Assembly: GCA_002269645.1 (NCBI GenBank)
Contig: NIVC01002355.1
Coordinates: forward strand, 93,152 to 157,151
DNA: 64,000 nt
Direction: 5' to 3'
From: Macrostomum lignano
Lineage: Eukaryota
The notes beneath the pieces are model-generated. The model worked only from the letters and a program-made list of their open reading frames with translations. It was not told the origin of the DNA and did no database searches. Within the stretch, counting starts at the first letter, position 1. The number at the start of each line of letters is the position of its first letter. Positions 9,030 through 20,000 of this stretch are shown here, piece by piece. Made by a program: the position numbers and the translations under genes.

Positions 9030-9350
9030 CTATCGACGGAAGCACATGCAAGTCAATTTTTGGGGGATCGTGCAGCCACACTCTACAAGCTGGAAATCAA
9101 TGGTGGGACGGTGAGAGGGGCAGCTGGCCGCTATATCGTTTTGTCTCTTGCGTCACCATCTCAACGGATTCTCTCTGCAGGTGGATGGCGTTGTGTTAAC
9201 CAAGAGAACCTGACGGAGCGGTTCTCTAGCTGTGTGGCCAATTTCAGCTGCACCGCTTTCTGGAGCACAGTTTAGTACAGAATCTGCTACATGTACATGC
9301 TACAGTAGTTGATGCGCTGAACATTTGCGAGGTGCAAAACTATGGACTTT
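9030..9350 (+). pseudogene. Degenerate third F-type lectin domain copy
   Basis: Broken remnants IDG, GSCSHT, QWW, FSLQVDGV, NLTERFS, ANFSC and LNICEVQNYG; the RQDCC segment is deleted. Confidence 0.75.
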
Positions 9351-9595
9351 ACGTTCGTAATAGGCCCCAGATAAAGTTAAGTTAATCTTCTAGAAGGAAA
9401 ATCCTAAATAAAACATCCTTTATGTGATGACCTGCGATACATTTTTGTGTTGCGGTGTGGTAAAAAATATTTACAGTAGGAAAAATCAAATAAAGCTAAT
9501 GAAATACGAGTATTAGCATTGCATTCGAATTTCGTGTATTTCCGTTTTTTTCTACCATTTCTCTAAATGGAATATGCTTTCATGTAAAATTATTG

Positions 9596-10041
9596 TGCAG
9601 GAAACTCAACAACAACAACAACAGAGTACGCTGTCAGTTCGCAAAAGCAGCGTCAGATGGCTCGCTTCGAAGCTTGGGCGCGAACAAAGGCCGCACCGCC
9701 GGCAGAGTCCGGGGCGCCGGCGTCAGCCAGCAGACAGTCGACGTAGCGCCGAGTCCTCGCCTGTCCCCGCCGGTAGGGTGCCTGCAACGTAAGTAGCAGC
9801 ACCTCCTGCACCAGCTCCGGACAGTAGGCCTCGGCGCGGATGACGTGGCCTGCCAGCTGGAGTCGCCGACGGCGCAGCAGATCGCTAGGACGGGCCAGGC
9901 CGGCGCGATGATAGAGCGCCGTGTTGGTGACTCGCTCGTTGCCGATCTTGAAGGCGGCGCGCAGCAGGCCAGCGTGCGCCGCGTCAACTTGAGCCTCGAG
10001 CGAGTCTGTCATCGTCCAGGTCTCGGCGTTGCAGGAAACTC
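9596..10041 (-). mobile_element. 5'-truncated RTE-like non-LTR retrotransposon (3' end of RT ORF)
   Basis: NAETWT...RRRRLQLAGHVIR, a (TTG)n tail, and a 12-bp target-site duplication tgcaggaaactc at 9596-9607 and 10030-10041. Confidence 0.88.
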
Positions 10042-12022
10042 GATATGTATTTAAATACGAGTCGCATTTAGAAGCACTTTTTTATTAATCAGGCTATACA
10101 TGTATATGTGTTTGAATCCTGAACTTTCTTGGTTTTTTAATATTTCCAATGATAAGTGAATTATTTACGAGCTACGTTGCGCCTTGTTCATTCCAGAAGA
10201 CCTTGGCTGCTTGAACCTATAAATTTTTGTTTTATCGAATAAGGTTGCCCGTTCAGAAGTACGAGTATTATCCCTGTTGTAGGCACTCAGTCAAAAGTCT
10301 GTTAATTCAGTCAGTCAGTTTTCCTCTACATTTATTTGCCTCGGAGTCCACCCGCCCCGCCTAAACCAACGTACCAGTACCAACCGATTCCCAAGGAAAG
10401 AAACTGGAGAATTCGGAATCCACCTCCGACCCAGAACTTTGCGGATGTATGACTTGGGCAATTTGAATAGCAAAAGATGAAGTCTGCTATTGTTCGACTT
10501 CCATTGTTTCTCTAGCGGAGAGGATCGCCTATGCAGGAAGATCACTTGCTATTGACATCCGCAGCGTGGCGTCGCTCAGCGGACGACCGCATCCGTCTCT
10601 CTCACAGTCTTCTGTCACAAGCTTTGGGAAAGAAATTCCAGTGTCCCCGAGGTACCGTGGTCTGGAAAAATGGATGAAAAGCCTTTATGGCAAAGGAGCA
10701 CTATTAATACTTTATTAAACGTCTTATTAAAGCTCTGGTAATAGTGAAGGATTTACCACTAGCTTTGAAACGAGACCAAGTTTAGCAAAAGTGGCTTTGA
10801 TGCTCGGAAGTCCAGAATATTGCGCAAACGCACTTAACCGCGTTTCTCCGCCTATCCTGTTGTCAAGTTTTTGAATGTCACTCCCATAGCTAATTTTGTA
10901 TCCCCAGCAGTGCATGCTTCCTTCTTTGGTTACTACGCCCGTACAAGAATCCAACATAGCTAGGACCAAAAATCCAGATTACATATGTAACACTAAGTGT
11001 TACGCAGTGCGAGATCAAACCACGAAAGCCCCCGCGGGGCAGTGATCGATATATTTATTAGCGTCACTTTACATGATATGACATGACACGACATATGGCA
11101 CTTTACATGATGTATAGTGAAAGTCATTCATTTAAAATCGACATGATGATTTAGCGATATTTGAGATATAGATGCCAATTCCTGTGTACTTAGAGGAGGA
11201 ACCCCTCAGGAATTACATGTGTATAAGATAATCATATGAGCATGCTTAGAAGTTTTATTTTTGTAACTCTTTTCGCTCAACTTTGAGCTCGAGTTTTCCT
11301 TGGACTCATACAGCATGAAGTATTCAATATATGTACATGTCTGTATGGCATACAGAAGTCAAAAAGGTATTTTCGTGTAGTCAACTTCGACGGTCTGAAT
11401 TGTACAATTCAGACGTCTGTCTTAGTCCAGCAGGGCAACCGCGCGGCAACCGCGCTAGAGGCAACCTCGCGAATAAAATTCATTGAAAGAATTAAAGAAG
11501 TGCGATTTCCTCTTTGTTTGCGGAAGAGGCGAATTATAATTACTGCAAGCATGCGGGAGTCTTTTGTTTCACTAAATTTTTACCAGGTTAGTTTACCTCC
11601 AGGCGCTCAGAATAATTACGAATTCTAAAATGGAATGTACCTCGTACATGTAGTCACGGGGGCGCAGCCAGGAAGAATGGCAAAAAGGGGCCAAGCTTGA
11701 CGAAATGACAGGAGCTCAACGTACGTCCTTGCTTATGCCACCCAAGCTCTCTTGGACTTGGCGGCGGTCTAAGAGACTGGTTAGAGGTTAGGGGTCGCAA
11801 ACTACATTTGAAAGATAGGGGCATCATCCAAAAGACAGGGGCGCCCACCAAGAGCACCCAATGAGACATCAAATATTGGGACCCCTTTAAAAGGTTGCCA
11901 ACTCGCTTAGCTTTGATTTTCTGACAATCACACATTACCTAGAATGTCAATTGGCCTCGCCATGAAGTTTATGGTGGGGGGACAAGCCAAGAATTCAACA
12001 TGTACATGTACATGAATAAATT

Positions 12023-12215
12023 TTGGCACTCATTTTGGCACCGCAGGCACTCCTTTTGGCGCCACAGGCATTCCTTTTAGCGCCGCTGGCACTCATTTTA
12101 GCGCCTCAGGCACTCATTTTAGCGCCGCAGGCATTCCTTTTAGCGCCGCAGGCATTCATTTTGGCATTCCTTTTAGCGCCGCAGGCACTCATTTTGGCGC
12201 CGAAGGCGCTATATT
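12023..12215. repeat. 21-bp minisatellite (ggcactcattttggcgccgca)
   Basis: About 9 degenerate units; source of the ALILAPQ pseudo-ORF. Confidence 0.85.
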
Positions 12216-13299
12216 TTGGCCCCTTAAAGAAAAATTGTTGATTACCACAAACGACTTGCACAAGGTGGGGTGGAGGGGACAAGCATTGGCATGGTCCTCC
12301 ACCCAAGCTTTTCCTGCTGGGGGGATATGTCCCTCCTGTCCCCTCAGTGGCGACCGCCTGCAGACAACAAATTTTTTATATAGGATTTTTTATTGACACT
12401 TTATAATTCGACGAATGCAAAAATTTACAGTTTCTTACGGTGTGTCACATTAAGCAAGTTCATCAACATATATTTTGATAGTAGTGAAGTTTCAAACTAA
12501 AACTAACAATTTAGGATACTTTTTAAGTTTATAAAAGTATTTTGTTTCAAAGTTTTATAAAAACTTTGTTATTTTTATGCATCCTATTTAAACAGCTTAC
12601 TTTTAGTTTAGTAATTCTTAAGCATTTTTCCATCATGGTTTTTAAGTGGACCGCCCGACCAAATTACATCAGCAGTGCACAAATGGAGCTTTGAGAACAT
12701 AGATGTTTGTGGCGTGACGAGTCATAACTTCTCTTCTATTTTTTCTATTGTTCGAATATCTATAAGTTCGTAAACTTTAGGAGAACTTTTTAAAAACCCA
12801 TTTTGGCATTGACATTTATTGTATTGATTATTGAATTAGGTGCCTAATTGCCTTTTGGCTTTTATTAATGCTTTAATTTCAATAAAATAAACACTGGACT
12901 TTGAAAAACTTACATTTAGCAACATGTTAAAGCTTCCACCCAAAACCTTTGTTCTAGTTGTAACTTTCCACTTTCTCCTCACAGTGTAAGGTAGTGAGTG
13001 CATTGTGGTGCAAATTTCATCACCCACCCTTTAGTTTAGAGGGGATTTATGTGAACTGCGTCACTTAGAGCTGAGATCTGAAAAAAGGTGGCCTCTTTCT
13101 TTGGGTAGAAAATTAAAAATATTGCTGAATCTATATTAAATAAAAATTCTAAAATCAAATTTGGTATTTTTTTGTCCAGAAATTTTATAACTTAGCATTT
13201 AATAGGCCTAGCTATTTAATATTTATTTAATAGTATATTTATATCTAACCTTGGCCCTAGGGCTTTTTATTTGATATCAAATTCTATCAATTCTATTAG

Positions 13300-13895
13300 G
13301 CCTAAATATCTAGATTCTAGATTCTAGGTTATAGTTTCTTGGCAATATAAACAAATTGGACTAGCTATATTTTTTATTTAAAACCTTTTATATCAATTTA
13401 TAGCTTGTAATAGGCCCATTTTTATCTTTATAATTAGAAACTTAAGACTAAAATATATTTTGTTGAAAAATTATCATTAAATATGTTTTAATTTATAAGA
13501 GATGATAGAATGTTCTTGTAGTTTTCTAAAATATAATTATACTTACACAGTAATATAAATCAAGCACTTGGTCACTAAAATAATCTCCATTACCCGCAAT
13601 TATCATGTGCCAACACTTAATAAGCTTCTCAATTTCTATCTATAGAATTCTAATATCCTGGTCAAAAATAGGCCATTATGTATTCTGCCACATCCATCTT
13701 ACAGTCCTTATATCTCTATCTAATTATCACCTATTTCTATCACTATTAAACTTTTTGCCAACAATACCTTCCATTCTGAGTCTTGACAAAGAACTATAAG
13801 ACCACTATAATGGCCTGAGTGTAATTATGCATTTTAGAGAACTGCAAGAACTTTCCATTGTAATTTATATTAATAATAATAGTAAATCATTTTAG
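13300..13895 (+). mobile_element. Highly decayed, AT-drifted mariner transposase fossil
   Basis: From 13685 it reads LPHPSYSPYIS.NYHLFLSLLNFL, matching the mariner LPHPPYSPDLAPSDYHLFRSL motif. A C-terminal NNSKSF* at about 13875-13895 resembles the mariner NNGxYF end. Many stops; no terminal inverted repeat pair found. Confidence 0.6.
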
Positions 13896-14067
13896 TTTTT
13901 ACTAAATGATTAACTGTAGCAGCAATTTATTTTTAATGCTAAAATAAATTTTTGCTCTGTCTTATCTTATAAAACTGAATATTATTTCAGCAGTGCCTTA
14001 AAAAGGACCAAATCGCTTGTGGAGACCATTAGTGGTTGAAACAAGGTGAGATCCAACCTACTTAACA

Positions 14068-17000
14068 ATGTCTCAGCATGGCTCTGACAAGACTGACGAC
14101 CTGCTAGAAGGTCTGGACCCCCTGCTGGCACAAAGTGCCCAGCTGACAGAGCGCAGTGAGGCAGCATTGAGCGACTTCAGCACTGTGTCCCGCCTGCCAG
14201 CTGTCATTGACGATGTACAACCATCCACCTCGTCGATGAGGCCCCCGCCATCCCTGTCACTGTCGGGCAAGCCTCCGCTGTACACTTCCTCGGCCTCGAC
14301 TTCCGGTTTTGTGTCGTCCAGTTCTGCCATGGCGGGTTCCCGAAGTCACACAGTCAGGGCCGGTGCTCTGTACCATGATGGAGTGCTGTCTTCCTATGGT
14401 GCTGCCAATGGGACCTCTGGCATGTAGGTCCTTGGAATCAATGCTGTTAAAATGGTAGAACGCAAATTTTTATTGAAAATTTTCAATAATAAACTTAAAA
14501 TCTTCAGAACTTCGTCCGCTGGTCCACTGACAAGTTCAACTGGTACTTCAACCACTGCTGCCGCAGCCATGGCCATGTATAGGAGTAGCAGCGCTTCTCG
14601 GCTGATGGACGGCAGAAACAGTTTGTGAGGCTCGAATTGGAATTCTGCTTAACTTTTTAATTCTTGTTTTCACTAGATTAGCAATCCACTCTGTTTCAAT
14701 TGATCTGTGATTAGCTAGATTAGCAATCCATTCTATTCCAATTGATCTGTGATTGGCTAGATTAGCAATCCATTCTATTCCAATTGATCTGTGATTGTCT
14801 AGATTAGCAGTCCATTCTATTCTAATTGATCTGTGATTGGCTAGATTAGCAATCCATTCTATTCTAATTGATCTGTGATTGGCTAGATTAGCAATCCATT
14901 CTATTCCAATTGATTTGTGATTGGCTAGATTAGCAATCCATTCTATTCCAATTGATCTGTGATTGGCTAGATTAGCAATCCATTCTATTCCAATTGATCT
15001 GTGATTGTCTAAATTAGCAGTCCATTCTATTCCAATTGATCTGTGATTGGCTAGATTAGCAATCCATTCTATTCCAATTGATCTGTGATTGGCTAGATTA
15101 GCAATCCATTCTATTCCAATTGATCTGTGATTGGCTAGATTAGCAATCCATTCTATTCCAATTGATTTGTGATTGGCTAGATTAGCAATCCATTCTATTC
15201 CAATTGATCTGTGATTGTCTAGATTAGCAATCCATTCTATTCCAATTGATCTGTGATTGTCTAGATTAGCAATCCATTCTATTCCAATTGATCTGTGATT
15301 GGCTAGATTAGCAATCCATTCTATTCCAATTGATCTGTGATTGACTAGATTAGCAATCCATTCTATTCCAATTGATGTGTGATTGGCTAGATTAGCAATC
15401 CATTCTATTCCAATTGATCTGTGACTGGCTAGATTAGCAATCCATTCTATTCCAATTGATTTGTGATTGGCTAGATTAGCAATCCATTCTATTCCAATTG
15501 ATCAGTGATTGGCTAGATTAGCAATCCATTCTATTCCAATTGATCTGTGATTAACTAGATTAGCAATCCACTCTCTTTCAATTGATTTGTGATTGGCTAG
15601 ATTAGCAATCCATTCTATTCCAATTGATTTGTGATTGGCTAGATTAGCAATCCATTCTATTCCAATTGATCTGTGATTGTCTAGATTAGCAATCCATTCT
15701 ATTCCAATTGATCTGTGATTGTCTAGATTAGCAATCCATTCTATTCCAATTGATCTGTGATTGGCTAGATTAGCAATCCATTCTATTCCAATTGATCTGT
15801 GATTGACTAGATTAGCAATCCATTCTATTCCAATTGATGTGTGATTGGCTAGATTAGCAATCCATTCTATTCCAATTGATCTGTGACTGGCTAGATTAGC
15901 AATCCATTCTATTCCAATTGATTTGTGATTGGCTAGATTAGCAATCCATTCTATTCCAATTGATCAGTGATTGGCTAGATTAGCAATCCATTCTATTCCA
16001 ATTGATCTGTGATTAACTAGATTAGCAATCCACTCTCTTTCAATTGATTTGTGATTGGCTAGATTAGCAATCCATTCTATTCCAATTGATCTGTGATTAA
16101 CTAGATTAGCAATCCATTCTATTCCAATTGATCTGTGATTGACTAGATTAGCAATCCATTCTATTCCAATTGATGTGTGATTGGCTAGATTAGCAATTCA
16201 TTCTATTCCAATTGATCTGTGATTGGCTAGATTAGCAATCCATTCTATTCCAATTGATCTGTGATTGACTAGATTAGCAATCCATTCTATTCCAATTGAT
16301 GTGTGATTGGCTAGATTAGCAATCCATTCTATTCCAATTGATCTGTGACTGGCTAGATTAGCAATCCATTCTATTCCAATTGATCTGTGATTGTCTAGAT
16401 TAGCAATGCATTCTATTCCAATTGATCTGTGATTGGCTAGATTAGCAATCCATTCTATTCCAATTGATCTGTGATTTGGCTAGATTAGCAATTCATTCTA
16501 TTCCAATTGATCTGTGATTGTCTAGATTAGCAATCCATTCTATTCCAGTTGATCCGTGATTGGCTAGATTAGCAATCCATTCTATTCCAGTTGATCTGTG
16601 ATTGGCTAGATTAGCAATCCATTCTATTCCAATTGATCTGTGATTGGCTAGATTAGCAATGCATTCTATTCCAATTGATCTGTGATTGGCTAGATTAGCA
16701 ATCCATTCTATTCCAATTGATCTGTGATTGGCTAGATTAGCAATTCATTCTATTCCAATTGATTTGTGATTGGCTAGATTAGCAACCCATTCTATTCCAA
16801 TTGATCTGTGATTGTCTAGATTAGCAGTCCATTCTATTCCAATTGATCTGTGATTGACTAGATTAGCAATCCATTCTATTCCAATTGATGTGTGATTGGC
16901 TAGATTAGCAATCCATTCTATTATAATTGATCTGTGACTGGCTAGATTAGCAATCCATTCTATTCCAATTGATCTGTGATTGTCTAGATTAGCAATGCAT

Positions 17001-20000
17001 TCTATTCCAATTGATCTGTGATTGGCTAGATTAGCAATCCATTCTATTCCAATTGATCTGTGATTTGGCTAGATTAGCAATTCATTCTATTCCAATTGAT
17101 CTGTGATTGTCTAGATTAGCAATCCATTCTATTCCAGTTGATCCGTGATTGGCTAGATTAGCAATCCATTCTATTCCAGTTGATCTGTGATTGGCTAGAT
17201 TAGCAATCCATTCTATTCCAATTGATCTGTGATTGGCTATATTAGCAATGCATTCTATTCCAATTGATCTGTGATTGGCTAGATTAGCAATCCATTCTAT
17301 TCCAATTGATCTGTGATTGGCTAGATTAGCAATTCATTCTATTCCAATTGATTTGTGATTGGCTAGATTAGCAACCCATTCTATTCCAATTGATCTGTGA
17401 TTGTCTAGATTAGCAGTCCATTCTATTCCAATTGATCTGTGATTGTCTAGATTAGAAATCCATTCTATTCCAGTTGATCCGTGATTGGCAAGATTAGCAA
17501 TCCATTCTATTCCAGTTGATTTGTGATTGGCTAGATTAGCAATCCATTCTATTCCAATTGATTTGTGATTGGCTAGATTAGCAATGCATTCTATTCCAAT
17601 TGATCTGTGATTGGCTAGATTAGCAATCCATTCTATTCCAATTGATCTGTGATTGGCTAGATTAGCAATCCATTCTATTCCAATTGATTTGTGATTGGCC
17701 AGATTAGCAATCCATTCCATTCCAATTGATCTGTGATTGGCTAGATTAGCAATCCATTCTATTCCAATTGATTTGTGATTGGCCAGATTAGCAATCCATT
17801 CCATAATACAGCTACAACGTCAATTACTATTTCACTATTCTCTCCAGCAACTCCAACGGTGTCTCCAGTCAGCTCAGCAGTCATTACACGGGCCAGTCGC
17901 AGCAGGCGGCAACATCAAAGTACCACCATCAGCAGCATCAGCAGCCTTACAGTGGGGCTTCATCACTTACTCGGCCACCAGCGATGCAAACGCAGCCTTC
18001 GTCATCATATTACCAGTCAGCTCATCATGTACAGCAGCAGCAGCAGCCTTCAATAGAAAGGTGAGCTCTGGAGGTGTGGGAGGAATTCCGTGTGGTTTAA
18101 ATATTGAAGTTCACATTTTCAAGGAGTGGTTTACCATATGCAAGCGATACAGTACTTATTAATGCGACTATTGGGGCTTGGCCGTTGGCTCGTTAAAAAT
18201 GTTACAAACAGCTTACTGATTCATCAAGTGACGCAGATGCGCTTTAGACCCTACGGCCCCTATAAAAGCGTCACTAATTCGTCTAATTGACTCATAAGAG
18301 CAATTATTTGACGACTCTAAGACATTCACCAAGGTATCGTTTTCATCTGTTCTCAGATCCGGCATCTCGTCAGTTGGCGGCAACAGCGCTGGCGGGCAGA
18401 CGGCCATCAGTGTGGAGACCATCGAGCGAGTCAGACGAAGTTTGCATCGTCGGTTGAGCGGCGGCGGTGGCGGCAGCAGCGAGGCCGGAGCTGGAGCCGC
18501 AGGCGCTGATGCAGAATTGACCAGCTCCACCCAGAACGGTCACGCAGCCGACCGAGCTGAAGGCGTTCGTCAGGCTTTCGAGTTGCAGTTGAATCGGCTG
18601 AAATCTGAGCTCGATGAAGAGCGTCGGAAGCGGCAGGAGTGCGAGACTCAGCTGCGGTCCAAGCAGCAGGAGGCCTTCAAAAAGGACCAGGAGCTGACAG
18701 GTCTCAGGGCGGCCTGCGAGAGAAAAGATCAGACTGTGAGTTGGGTGAAGGCGTGAGACTTGCATGATCTTGTATGTTGAGTTAATTGGGCTGAATCTGC
18801 TAGCTAAATCTACCAGCTAAATCTACCAGCTGAAGCTACCAGCTGAATCTACCAGCTGAAGCTACCAGCTGAATCTACCAGCTAAAGCTACCAGCTAAAG
18901 CTACCAGCTGAAGCTAACAGCTGAATCTACTGGTCAGCTAAAGCTACCAGCTAAAGCTACCAGCTGAAGCTACCAGCTGAATCTACCAGCTGAAGCTACC
19001 AGCTGAATCTACCAGCTAAAGCTACCAGCTAAAGCTACCAGCTGAAGCTAACAGCTGAATCTACTGGTCAGCTAAAGCTACCAGCTAAAGCTACCAGCTG
19101 AAGCTACCAGCTGAAGCTACCAGCTGAATCTACCAGCTGAAGCTACCAGCTGAATCTACCAGCTAAAGCTACCAGCTAAAGCTACCAGCTGAAGCTAACA
19201 GCTGAATCTACTGGTCAGCTAAAGCTACCAGCTAAAGCTACCAGCTGAAGCTAATAGCTGAAGCTACCAGCTGAATCTACCAGCTGAAGCTACCAGCTGA
19301 AGGTACCAGCTGAAGGTACCAGCTGAAGCTACCAGCTAAAGCTACCAGCTAAATCTACCAACTGAATCTACCAACTGAATCTACCAGCTGAAGCTACCAG
19401 CTGAAGCTACCAGCTGAATCTACCAACTGAATCTACCAACTGAATCTACCAGCTGAAGCTACCAGCTGAAGGTACCAGCTGAAGCTACCAGCTAAAGCTA
19501 CCAGCCTCAACTAATCCGCTGCTTTTGGGGCCGACTCCAACGGCAGTAGCTATATAGCTATATTCGCTTCTTAACTTGTAACCAAGTTTGTCTTTAGAGT
19601 TGTAGGTGAAAATCTGTCAATAATTTCGAGAATTCAAACGCACTTTTTCCTTTTTTATTATTTCTTCAATAGTCGTGCATGCAGTAATATCTTGTTTCGT
19701 AAGCTAGTAAGTAGTATATGCGAAAATTTTCTCACTTGTTAGTAATCAGTTATTATTAGTTAGAAGTTTCACTTGCTATTATGACTGAAAATTGTGTATA
19801 CAATCTCGAGTCACACTTAAGCTTCTTACGGTGTTCTTTCATTCTCATTCAATTTGAACGTCAATCATTCTAAGGATACCCCTCACTTTTTCTAAGAAAT
19901 GCCCCCCCAATAATTTTCAGAGTGGATCCTGTAGCTTTCTAAGAAATGTTTCTAGGAATAGGCTTTTGAGATGGGGCGGAGAAATGAAAATTTTTCTGGC

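Noticed and set aside
11654-12361. MITE bounded by cacgggggcgcagcca and tggcgaccgcctg
   Set aside because: The ends are not convincing inverted repeats and no target duplication was found.
12800-13950. Mitochondrial insertion suggested by very high AT content
   Set aside because: No mitochondrial gene, rRNA or tRNA motifs; mariner motifs explain it better.
14673-17802. Regular 42-bp repeats as a CRISPR array, and the 156-aa EWIANLANH ORF
   Set aside because: Units are contiguous with no unique spacers, there are no cas genes, and the context is a eukaryotic intron.
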